Origin: Bdellovibrionales bacterium
Lineage (GTDB): Bacteria > Bdellovibrionota > Bdellovibrionia > Bdellovibrionales > JAGQZY01
Direction: 5' to 3'
NCBI GenBank assembly: GCA_031426555.1
Contig: JANPLN010000034.1
Span: 1 to 40,002, forward strand
Length of the DNA stretch: 40,002 bases
Position 1 is the stretch's first letter; every line of letters begins with the position of its first letter. A program made the position numbers and the translations under genes. This document shows, piece by piece, positions 15,468-23,794 of this stretch. The notes under the pieces were generated by a model, which was not told the origin of the DNA, did no database searches, and saw only the letters and a program-made list of their open reading frames with translations.

Positions 15468-16805
15468 TTAGTACGAACTCATGGCCTGAGCGGCTTTATT
15501 TAAGTTCAAGATACCGCCAGATACGGTCATATTTTTCATGGAATCAGCTGGCGTTACGGTTTTTAGCATAAGGTCTTTGAGAGCCAATGCGGCCGCTGAT
15601 GGATTTTGCATGTAGTAGGAACTAAAGCCTGTGGAGGCGGCACTGTGCATGTAAGCAACTGCACCAGCAACGTGCGGACTTGCCATAGAAGTTCCAGTCA
15701 TCGTTGAGTAGCTATCGCCTGGGACCGTTGAATAAATTCCCGTTCCTGGAGCACCTAGGTCGATCATGGATAAACCGAAGGCGGCACTAGAGTTGCGCTT
15801 GCCATCTTTTTGCGTGTTGGTCACAGCGATAATGTAGGGGCTGTCACAACCTGTTGGCACATCGCCCTTAACATCGACGTCGATGTTTAAATTGGCTGTG
15901 GCAATGGCGTGCAAAATTCCAACTTTGCCCATTTCGTTATAGATATCATTCCACGCAGGGTACGAACTGCTTTTGCAGTTTCCGTAATCAACACCAAAGC
16001 TTGAGTTGGTAGAGACCACGTTGGCTCCCTGTTTTCCACCAGAGCTGATCCAAAGTTGTTTTTGTTTTAAAACATATCCGTAGGCTTTAAGAACAGTGGA
16101 TGTGGAGCTTGTGGCGCCGTTGATCGCCATCACTTTTGCACCCCAGTTGATCCCCGCAACACCAATTGAATTGTTACCGATGGCGCCGACGGTTCCTGAA
16201 ACGTGTGTTCCATGTTCGTCTTCCGTCACATCACCAGAGTTATTGTATGCGTTCCATCCATTGATATCATCGATGTAACCGTTTTTATCGTCGTCTTTGC
16301 CGTTACCTGGAATTTCGTTTTCGTTCACCCAAATGTTTGCTGCAAGATCTTCGTGAACAAGGTCCACTCCACCATCGACAACTGCAACCACAACATCGTT
16401 CCCGGCTGGATCTAAGCCGCCAATTCCGAAGCCACCCCAAGCATTCACAGCATCAATGCCCCACGTGCTGGCATCAAGCTTCATGTCCCACTGTTGAGAA
16501 AAGCTTTTGTCATTTGGAATTTGTGCAGCGGATACCCGCTTTGATACTGGATGATCTTCTTGAACGTAAGCCACTCCGCGCTGTCTGCGAAGGAAAGTGA
16601 TTTCTGAACGAAGAGAACTTCGGGCAGACGATGTTTCGATGGAATAAATTCCTAATTCTGGAATTAATGCTTCAACTTTTGCACCGGGAGAAAGCTGTTT
16701 TACAACAGTTTCTGACCCTGCTTGGATGCGAACAATCATCTTGTTTGACGCAAATACGTTTTGTGTAAGGCAAGTAGTGACTAATAATACGAATAAACTT
16801 CTCAT
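15468..16805 (-). CDS. Secreted subtilisin-like serine protease (S8)
   Basis: VAVVDGG (Asp), HGTHVSG (His), GTSMASPHVAG (Ser); DDDKNGYIDDINGWN insert; signal peptide from MRSL at 16805 with GGGGGA SD. Confidence 0.93.
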   Translation of the reverse strand: MRSLFVLLVTTCLTQNVFASNKMIVRIQAGSETVVKQLSPGAKVEALIPELGIYSIETSSARSSLRSEITFLRRQRGVAYVQEDHPVSKRVSAAQIPNDKSFSQQWDMKLDASTWGIDAVNAWGGFGIGGLDPAGNDVVVAVVDGGVDLVHEDLAANIWVNENEIPGNGKDDDKNGYIDDINGWNAYNNSGDVTEDEHGTHVSGTVGAIGNNSIGVAGINWGAKVMAINGATSSTSTVLKAYGYVLKQKQLWISSGGKQGANVVSTNSSFGVDYGNCKSSSYPAWNDIYNEMGKVGILHAIATANLNIDVDVKGDVPTGCDSPYIIAVTNTQKDGKRNSSAAFGLSMIDLGAPGTGIYSTVPGDSYSTMTGTSMASPHVAGAVAYMHSAASTGFSSYYMQNPSAAALALKDLMLKTVTPADSMKNMTVSGGILNLNKAAQAMSSY

Positions 16806-16986
16806 GAATCCCCCCGTTTCCATTCCTTTGGATATTCCAAAGATACATTCCTTGGCGTTCAAAAAGTTTCCTAGACTTTTGTAATAGTCTCAATCTTTTT
16901 TTTGTAAATTTTTTATGGTAGCTGATTAGCCAAGCTAATAACAGATCTTACAGAGCGTTAAACTTGTAATTTCAATGAGTTACTAA

Positions 16987-18441
16987 TTATTTAATGACTT
17001 CCCAAGTGCTTTCACTAGCCGCGTCACGGACGTCGATGCCCATGTTTACAAGCTCTGCTCGCAACGAATCGGCCTTGGCAAAATCTTTTTGTTTTTTAGC
17101 GTCCCAGCGCTGATTCACCAGGTTTTCGATGACGTTGATATCCAACTTTTTTTGCCGAATCAACATCTCGTCAAGAGAGCGCAGGAATTGTTTTGGCGGC
17201 TCCCCAAATAGCGCCATCATTGTTCCGTTTTCGTTAATGAAGCGTAAAAACAGAGCAGACATGGACTGGGTGTCAGCAGTCGGTTTTGAACCGGGCTTTA
17301 TTTTTTGGTTAAACAAGCGAACGATTTCGAAAACATCACCCAAGGCTTTTGCGGTATTGAAATCATCGTTATAGGCGTCGTTCATCTGGGCTTGCGCTGC
17401 TTGCAGACTCTTTGCGAATTCTTTCACAGCCGGTGACTCGACGACAGGTTGAGCTGCAGCTTCGTGGGCTAATTTCATGGCCGAATAAATTCGCGCTAGC
17501 CCGGAGATGGACTGCGCAATGGTGGCCTCGGAAAATTCACTCTCTGAGCGATAGTGCACAGACATCACAAGATATTTAAAAATTTCTGCTGGGTATTCCT
17601 GTAAAAAGCTGCGCATGGTTCTGATATTGCCTAGCGACTTGGACATTTTTGCGCCGCTAAACATGAACATGTTATTGTGCAGCCAATATTTTGCATAAGT
17701 TTTGCCAGAAGCGCCTTCGCCCTGCGCAATTTCGTTTTCGTGGTGCGGGAAAATTAAATCCATTCCGCCGCCGTGAATGTCGATCTGTTCGCCCAAGATA
17801 TCGCGGATCATGCACGAACATTCAATGTGCCATCCCGGTCGCCCTTCGCCCCAAGGCGAAGGCCAGCTCTGTTCTCCGGGCTTGGCTGGTTTCCAAAGCG
17901 TAAAGTCTAACGGATCTTGTTTCTTCGCATCCACTTCGACGCGCGAACCAGCTTCCATATCGTCGATTTTCCGGTTGCTCAGTTTTCCGTAGTCTTGAAA
18001 CGAACGAATGGAGAAAAAAACTTCACCCTGAACAACATAGGCTTTTTTGTTCACGATCAAATCTTCAATCAATCCAACGATGCCGTCCATGTGCTCAGTG
18101 ACCCGGGGATTGTGAGTGTGGGCTTTGAGACCAAGAGACACGAAATCTTTTTTGAATTCATCGATGTAGGTTTCGGCAATCGCTTTGGCCGTGGTTTTTT
18201 CCTTGATGGCACGATTGATGATTTTATCGTCCACGTCGGTAAAATTATAAACGTAATTGACTTGATAGCCTGACTTTTCAAGCCAATTACGTACAAAATT
18301 GTAAACAACCGCTCCGCGAAAATTTCCCACATGCAAAAAATCATAAACCGTGGGCCCGCAACAGTACATTTTGACTTTGCCGGGCTCCAGGGATTTGAAT
18401 TCTTCTTTGCTGCGCGAGAGCGAGTTGTATACCTTCAGCAT
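16987..18441 (-). CDS. cysS: Cysteinyl-tRNA synthetase
   Basis: CGPTVY..HVGN, GRPGWHIEC, DIHGGG.DL.FPHHENE, KMSKS. Confidence 0.97.
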   Translation of the reverse strand: MLKVYNSLSRSKEEFKSLEPGKVKMYCCGPTVYDFLHVGNFRGAVVYNFVRNWLEKSGYQVNYVYNFTDVDDKIINRAIKEKTTAKAIAETYIDEFKKDFVSLGLKAHTHNPRVTEHMDGIVGLIEDLIVNKKAYVVQGEVFFSIRSFQDYGKLSNRKIDDMEAGSRVEVDAKKQDPLDFTLWKPAKPGEQSWPSPWGEGRPGWHIECSCMIRDILGEQIDIHGGGMDLIFPHHENEIAQGEGASGKTYAKYWLHNNMFMFSGAKMSKSLGNIRTMRSFLQEYPAEIFKYLVMSVHYRSESEFSEATIAQSISGLARIYSAMKLAHEAAAQPVVESPAVKEFAKSLQAAQAQMNDAYNDDFNTAKALGDVFEIVRLFNQKIKPGSKPTADTQSMSALFLRFINENGTMMALFGEPPKQFLRSLDEMLIRQKKLDINVIENLVNQRWDAKKQKDFAKADSLRAELVNMGIDVRDAASESTWEVIK

Positions 18442-18443
18442 TA

Positions 18444-19001
18444 TTACATGCCGAACTTAGCGTTGATCATTACAGCTGTGCTTGTGTACGTAGCATCAGT
18501 ATCGAGCTCAAGACCAATATCAGTGACGGTAGTCATGTAGCGAACTTCGCCACCAATAGTCATTGATTCATTGATAGCGAAATCCACACCACCAAACAAC
18601 TGAAGACCGAAGCCAGTTCCAGAATCGAAAAGCGAGTCGGAATCAAATTGACCGAAAAATGCACCAGCTCCGCCAGTGAGTGTCACTCCACCCATAGGGG
18701 CATTGCCAACGATATTGAAGGCGCCTGTTAAGAATGAAGGCTCTGCTGTTGAACCTGCGGTATCATATTCGTGAGTGCGGTATGCCAGCTCAACTTCACC
18801 GTGAACATCTCCCATTACTTCAAAACCATACGCAACTAGCAGTGGCGCCATAAAAGTGCTGTCCAAATCTCCAGTTGCAGAACCACCGGTATTTTCGAAC
18901 TCAACTTCTCCACCAACGTTAAAGCCTAAACCAGCTTTAAAATAATCAGCTGATGCCGAAAAACTCACTAAACTCATTGCGATCACTAGAATTGCTTTCA
19001 T
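18444..19001 (-). CDS. Outer-membrane beta-barrel protein (OmpA/OmpW-like 8-strand)
   Basis: AAGGAG SD before ATG 19001; signal peptide ending ASA; GLQLFGGVDF, GGEVRY, terminal KFGM. Confidence 0.8.
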   Translation of the reverse strand: MKAILVIAMSLVSFSASADYFKAGLGFNVGGEVEFENTGGSATGDLDSTFMAPLLVAYGFEVMGDVHGEVELAYRTHEYDTAGSTAEPSFLTGAFNIVGNAPMGGVTLTGGAGAFFGQFDSDSLFDSGTGFGLQLFGGVDFAINESMTIGGEVRYMTTVTDIGLELDTDATYTSTAVMINAKFGM

Positions 19002-19130
19002 TTGAACTCCTTTAATTAGCCGAGGATTTTTTCCGTTGGCTTTGGTTTTTAGAACCCCGGAGTCTATTGTTTTTTTAAGGACAAACAAGATGTTACACAG
19101 TGAATTAAACCCGACGAATTAAAAGACGAG

Positions 19131-19631
19131 CTAAAACCAAACGCGAGCCGAAAGCAAAAAACTCCAAAACGTGTAGCCTTGGTTATCAAAAACAAACAAA
19201 TACCGCAGCTCGGGGCCAATGGAATATTGCGGTTCTAAAGAATAGGAAAACCCAGTGGCGACGCCGAAGGTGGTCTGATTATTGGTTCCCTCAGTGGTGC
19301 CTAAATCATACACAATTTTAGTTGTGCCAAATAAGCCACTGATAAAAAGTACACTTTTTTCCAAAGGTGACCCATAGGGGTAAAAGCTCACTTCGGCGAG
19401 CAAAGGGAAATAGCCGATGGACTCGGTTTCGCGATTGGCTTGGTAAAAATGTGCCAAAGCTCCAAAACTCACATGCTCATAAAACAACCAACCAAGCCGC
19501 CCGCCGTAGGAGACAGCCGATTTTTTCGCATCGTAGGGCCCTGAAGAATTGGAAAGGCCCACATCAACGCCCAGGTGAAACACCTGCGCGTGGGAAAAAT
19601 TAAAGAATTGGAAGAGAAGATAGAGCACCAC
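19131..19631 (-). CDS. Outer-membrane beta-barrel protein
   Basis: Short signal peptide ending SHA; YGGRLGW, IGPELRY; C-terminal RVWF beta-signal. Confidence 0.75.
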   Translation of the reverse strand: MVLYLLFQFFNFSHAQVFHLGVDVGLSNSSGPYDAKKSAVSYGGRLGWLFYEHVSFGALAHFYQANRETESIGYFPLLAEVSFYPYGSPLEKSVLFISGLFGTTKIVYDLGTTEGTNNQTTFGVATGFSYSLEPQYSIGPELRYLFVFDNQGYTFWSFLLSARVWF

Positions 19632-19637
19632 ACCTCT

Positions 19638-19665
19638 ATGCTACAGACTCATATTGGGATTGCAA
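19638..19665 (-). promoter_or_regulatory. sigma70-type promoter in leaderless geometry
   Basis: TTGCAA(19665-19660)-16nt-TAGCAT(19643-19638)-6nt-GTG(19631). Confidence 0.55.
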
Positions 19666-19694
19666 GTGAGTGTTCTTGCGGCTTTGCGCTCCCA

Positions 19695-19790
19695 AGGCCT
19701 TGCAGTCTTTCGGTCTTGCGGTCTTTCGGCCTTGCGGTCTTTCAGTCTTGCGGTCTTTCGGTCTTTCAGTCTTGCGGTCTTTCGGCCCCG
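19695..19790. repeat. Tandem array of 12 8-bp units, consensus CGGTCTTK
   Basis: aggccttg cagtcttt cggtcttg cggtcttt cggccttg cggtcttt cagtcttg cggtcttt cggtcttt cagtcttg cggtcttt cggccccg; the two terminal units are degenerate. Confidence 0.92.
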
Positions 19791-19814
19791 AGTTTTGGCA
19801 GTCCTGCGCAGGAC

Positions 19815-20720
19815 TCAAGTTTTCTCAACTCTGAAACCGAAAGTGGTTAGGGCCCGCCGTTGATTGCAATGGAAACAAAGTATTCTTAGGTTTTCGGCTG
19901 AATTATCCCCTCCAAACGCCCGCGGATGAATGTGATCAAAATTTATATTGTGCTGACTGCCGCACTGAGTGCATTGTCCCCGATCTCTTTGCCAAATTAA
20001 GTATTTTAGCTTTTTGGAAATGGTTTTGGACGAAACTTTTGTCACAGGCTCAACAACAGAACCTGTCAAAGGGTCTGCTGAACGTTTTTTACCAAACCGT
20101 TTCGCTTTTAAGGAAACCAAACTCAAAACGGCCATTTCTTGCACAAGTTCAGCAAAGGTCATGTGGATGGCTTTTGTTCCCAATAGACTTCGAACTTCCT
20201 CGAGCACCGAATTTAGTTTTTCATCGATCACAAATCGCATTTCAACTGCAGACGGATTTACCTGGCGTTTCTTTTCATTCGGTAGAGCTTGCGCTGGCAA
20301 CATCGCGAGGAGGACTTTTTCAGATTCTCGCGTTGTCGTGTTCTCAATTTTTTCAAATATACAGAGCTTTTCCATCGGTGATATGCGCTGATGCTCCTGC
20401 TTACTTTTCTGAAAGCTAAAACTTTGAACCTGGCAAATGTGTGTAAGATTAATAGCTCCGGACTCGATCTTTTTTTCCACTTGCGGAAGTTCTTTTAAAA
20501 GTCGCATCGCTTGAATCTTACGACCCGCCTCCCCGCGACTGTACTTGAGTTCACTCACCGCGAATTCAAAAAGGCTTGGATACCCAAGTTCCGAAAAAAG
20601 CTTGCGGACCTCAATCTCTCGCAGGTGTTGCAAAATCACTATTAAAGTATGCCGTTCTTTTTGAACTTCAGATTGGATGCTTACTAGCAATTCATCGTCT
20701 TTTAGTTTTCTTAAATTCAT
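19815..20720 (-). CDS. HNH endonuclease with long helical N-terminal region (DUF222-like architecture)
   Basis: RDRGQCTQCG, FDHIHP..GG.NS.ENLRILCFHCN; N-terminal HLREIE.RKL..LGYPSLFEF; GGAGG SD before ATG 20720. Confidence 0.88.
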   Translation of the reverse strand: MNLRKLKDDELLVSIQSEVQKERHTLIVILQHLREIEVRKLFSELGYPSLFEFAVSELKYSRGEAGRKIQAMRLLKELPQVEKKIESGAINLTHICQVQSFSFQKSKQEHQRISPMEKLCIFEKIENTTTRESEKVLLAMLPAQALPNEKKRQVNPSAVEMRFVIDEKLNSVLEEVRSLLGTKAIHMTFAELVQEMAVLSLVSLKAKRFGKKRSADPLTGSVVEPVTKVSSKTISKKLKYLIWQRDRGQCTQCGSQHNINFDHIHPRAFGGDNSAENLRILCFHCNQRRALTTFGFRVEKT

Positions 20721-21010
20721 TTGTTCCTCCAGGTTTTTAAAGAAAACTATCACACCTTTTTGAACGATCACTTTGACGAAGACTAAAGCGACTTTTACAG
20801 ATGGCTCTAGCCTTCTGATTCCCTTCTCTGCTGCACGCGAAAGTAAAATTTTGATTTTTGCGATGACTAAATAGTTTATGTCGAAGCGAGGGCCCGCTAA
20901 GCGTTCGAAAACCGTGTCAAATTATTTTCAATTTTGACGCAAGAAACTTATAGGCCGGTCCGTAAACGAGTCCTGCGCGGGACCAACTACAGTTAAGCAA
21001 ACTCCTTTTG

Positions 21011-21044
21011 CAACAGACACGGCCATTCAACAGACACGGCGATT
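21011..21044. repeat. 17-bp direct tandem duplication
   Basis: CAACAGACACGGCCATT / CAACAGACACGGCGATT, one mismatch. Confidence 0.75.
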
Positions 21045-21194
21045 TCAACCGAACCCTTAGCTGGCCATTACTGGCAATAGGGAGTCGGACTTCAACGCCT
21101 GCGATGATCTCATGCGCATGGAGCGCTCGCAGTGCCGCAAAAAGGTCTACAACCACTACCGCAACCTCGAAAAGAAAAAGAAATAGATCCTTCG

Positions 21195-21223
21195 TTGTCG
21201 ATCCCCACCCCACTTGCTATAGT
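21195..21223 (+). promoter_or_regulatory. sigma70-type promoter in leaderless geometry
   Basis: TTGTCG-17nt-(TGc)TATAGT-6nt-ATG(21230). Confidence 0.72.
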
Positions 21224-21229
21224 GGGATC

Positions 21230-22117
21230 ATGAGCCATTTTCAATTTTCGGAAATTTTAGGGAATTCGCAAAAACTGGATGGTGGAGCCATGTTTGGCAA
21301 CGCCCCCCGCACCGTTTGGCAAAAATGGATTGCGCCCGATGAGTTGGGGCGAATTCCCCTGGCCTGTCGCGCCCTGCTCATCGAATTTTCTGATTCGTAC
21401 GAAAAAAAACAAAAAATTCTTTTCGAAACTGGCATCGGCGCTTTTTTCGAACCGCAAATGGCGGAGCGTTTTGGTGTGCAAACGCCGCAAACCCATTGCC
21501 TCAGAGAAAATTTAAAAGCCCACGGCGTGCAATCCGACGACATCACGCACGTTGTGTTGTCGCATTTGCATTTTGACCATGCGGGCGGAACTCTGCCCAC
21601 GTTTTCCGAAATTCAAGCAGGAGACAATGGACTGCTGTTTAAAAATGCCGACTACATTACCAGTCGCGAAGCCTTTGCCCGGGCCAAAAAACCCCACGCC
21701 CGCGACAAAGCCTCGTTTATTCCGGGACTTGTGGAGAAGCTCGAGGCCACACAGCGCTTGCGTTTAATTGATGGACCAGAAAAATTATTCGACAACCGCC
21801 TGGAGTTTACCATCTCCAGCGGGCACACGCCGGGGCAGCTGCACTCCCTGTTTCATGGCGATAGCTTCTCTCTCTTTTTTTGCGGGGATCTTATTCCCGG
21901 AACACCGTGGATTCATACACCCATCACCATGGGCTATGATCGCTTTCCCGAAATGCTGATCGATGAAAAACAGCAGCTTTACGAAAAGCTGCCTTTGGAA
22001 AAAACGTTGTTTTATTTTACCCACGACAATGATGTGGCCGCGGCCTTATTAAAGAAAGAAGATGGGAAAATGAAACCTGCGCAAACTTTTAAAACTCCTG
22101 TGCGCCAGGAGTTTTAA
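21230..22117 (+). CDS. Metallo-beta-lactamase-fold hydrolase (YtnP-like)
   Basis: LDGGAMFG, SHLHFDHAGG, GHTPG, CGDL, MGYD, THD; start at MSHF 21230. Confidence 0.9.
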   Translation: MSHFQFSEILGNSQKLDGGAMFGNAPRTVWQKWIAPDELGRIPLACRALLIEFSDSYEKKQKILFETGIGAFFEPQMAERFGVQTPQTHCLRENLKAHGVQSDDITHVVLSHLHFDHAGGTLPTFSEIQAGDNGLLFKNADYITSREAFARAKKPHARDKASFIPGLVEKLEATQRLRLIDGPEKLFDNRLEFTISSGHTPGQLHSLFHGDSFSLFFCGDLIPGTPWIHTPITMGYDRFPEMLIDEKQQLYEKLPLEKTLFYFTHDNDVAAALLKKEDGKMKPAQTFKTPVRQEF

Positions 22118-22123
22118 AAAGAA

Positions 22124-23410
22124 TTATTTTTGTGGGCAGAAGTAATCAATACTGTATTGTCCCTCTGGCGGCGGTTTAGAAAAAATCAACTGGCTGTCCT
22201 TCACTGTAAAGTTAGGTACAACGACGCTGCCAGAAGCTTTTACTGTCACATCCGAGTTGCCATCCCCGTCGATATCTTTTGGCACGCACTCTAAATCGTA
22301 GGTTGTTTTTGAATTTGCCACAGTTTGACCAATAAAACTGAGCTGATTGCCGTAATCGGGCTCGCAAATGCTGCCGAGCACACCATTTGTCAGTTTTGTA
22401 AGACTGGCATAGGCGGTCCCGTAGTAGTGATCGCCCACTGTTGCCGCGGCTTTACAGGCCGTGTCTCCAGGACGTACAATGATAGAATGGAATTGAAAGA
22501 CCTTTTCATCACTCCAAGTCTCAGCGATCAACTTTACAAGCTCGGAGCCTTTGTTGATGTTTGCCGCTCCCGATTCGTTTTCATCCGTTAGTACCACCGC
22601 TGCAAGCGCTGAATCTTTACGAAAAAACTGCTGATGCGAGGATTCCGCACTCGACCCTAGGCTTCGTTGAATGGCTCTTGCCATTGCACGAATCCCCTGC
22701 TCGCTTGAACTGCCCGATTCTTCCCGTTGAACTGTTTGCGAAAACATTTCGCGAGCTTTCTCGAGGTCCTGTTTGGAGTTTAAAATAAAACTACCATCTG
22801 GGTACGTTTGCAAACGTCCGTCTCCGTAAGTACTATGCGAAGGATCGGTAGTCACAACTGCAATCTGCCAATCAAAGCCGTTTAAGCGATCCATAAAACT
22901 TGCAATTTTTGTTGCCATGCTTTTTTGTTCGTCTTTCATGGAGGGAGAATTATCCACTACAAACAAAACATCTAACTGACGATCACTTTTAGTGACAGCA
23001 AAGGAGGTTTGTTGTTTTTTAAAGCGTTCAAATAATTTCCACGGAAGGTTTTTGCGATCTTGCATTCCATTGGCATCAGTGGCGACGATCTCAAATTTAT
23101 GCCCACCAGTTTTTCCGCCAGGCAATACTAAACGATCCTTGTCGGACTTACAGGGTATCGTAAGACCGTTCCATGCACAGAAAACTTCGGTCACAGGTGC
23201 GCTTCCGGCAATGACTCTATATTCAACGAGCAGCTGATCAAACACCGAGAGGTCACCCTTCGGCGCCTGCATTACCAAAATCGCTGGGCCCTGCTCGGGA
23301 GTTGGTACATCTGCACCTTTCTCAACGGCACTAAATTGTTTATCCGAACAAGCTGCCATGAAGACCAGCAGTAAATTCATTATAAAAAATCGTCTGAGAA
23401 TTTTCATCAT
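22124..23410 (-). CDS. VWA/MIDAS-domain lipoprotein
   Basis: GGAGG SD; lipobox MAAC; DVLFVVDNSPSM (DxSxS), VVTTD, VLTDENE, GSIC. Confidence 0.8.
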   Translation of the reverse strand: MMKILRRFFIMNLLLVFMAACSDKQFSAVEKGADVPTPEQGPAILVMQAPKGDLSVFDQLLVEYRVIAGSAPVTEVFCAWNGLTIPCKSDKDRLVLPGGKTGGHKFEIVATDANGMQDRKNLPWKLFERFKKQQTSFAVTKSDRQLDVLFVVDNSPSMKDEQKSMATKIASFMDRLNGFDWQIAVVTTDPSHSTYGDGRLQTYPDGSFILNSKQDLEKAREMFSQTVQREESGSSSEQGIRAMARAIQRSLGSSAESSHQQFFRKDSALAAVVLTDENESGAANINKGSELVKLIAETWSDEKVFQFHSIIVRPGDTACKAAATVGDHYYGTAYASLTKLTNGVLGSICEPDYGNQLSFIGQTVANSKTTYDLECVPKDIDGDGNSDVTVKASGSVVVPNFTVKDSQLIFSKPPPEGQYSIDYFCPQK

Positions 23411-23430
23411 TCCTCCAATGTCTTGCTTCT

Positions 23431-23457
23431 TTTTCGGAGAAACTGGCTCAGCCTAAA
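23431..23457 (-). promoter_or_regulatory. Possible sigma28 (FliA)-type promoter of the VWA lipoprotein gene
   Basis: TTTA-15nt-TCCGAAAA versus consensus TAAA-N15-GCCGATAA. Confidence 0.35.
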
Positions 23458-23634
23458 GGTGGAGCTGGGCTAGGTTTTTTAAACTCGATCTGTTAGCATT
23501 TGGTCCGACTGAACTAGACTTTCACTGGACGAATGTTGGATGGGTACTGGACGTCCTGTGAAATAATTTGGCAAAAAGCCAGTCTAAGTTCCGATTGGAT
23601 GTCTCGCGCCGTGCATTAAACTGCGTTCTCCCTT

Positions 23635-23663
23635 TTCACCTTGTGATATTAATGAGATATATT
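23635..23663 (+). promoter_or_regulatory. Probable sigma70 promoter of tRNA-Cys
   Basis: TTCACC-17nt-TATATT, 13 nt upstream of the tRNA. Confidence 0.5.
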
Positions 23664-23676
23664 TGCGTCCTGTTGT

Positions 23677-23750
23677 GGTGGTATGGCCGAGCGGCTAGGC
23701 AGCGGACTGCAAATCCGTGTACGGGGATTCAAATTCCTCTACCACCTCCA
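23677..23750 (+). tRNA. tRNA-Cys (GCA)
   Basis: Acceptor stem GGTGGTA/TACCACC, D-stem GCC/GGC, anticodon arm GCGGA-CTGCAAA-TCCGT, T-loop TTCAAAT, U73 discriminator, encoded CCA. Confidence 0.95.
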
Positions 23751-23794
23751 AATTCCTCCAGCGCTCTTTAATTGCCTAAACAAAGGAAATTCAG

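Noticed and set aside
19695..19790. CRISPR-like or guide array next to a nuclease
   Set aside because: Units are 8 bp and contiguous with no unique spacers, and no cas genes are present; kept only as a tandem repeat
19575..19863. Plus-strand ORFs 19575-19850 and 19654-19863
   Set aside because: They stay open because the repeat lacks stop codons; no SD and low-complexity products
21008..21229. 74-aa N-terminal extension of the MBL hydrolase
   Set aside because: Not protein-like; family motifs begin after M75, where a strong promoter sits
23443..23480. Plus-strand hairpin followed by a T-run as a terminator
   Set aside because: The stem needs G:U pairs and an 11-nt loop, and there is no plus-strand gene upstream to terminate
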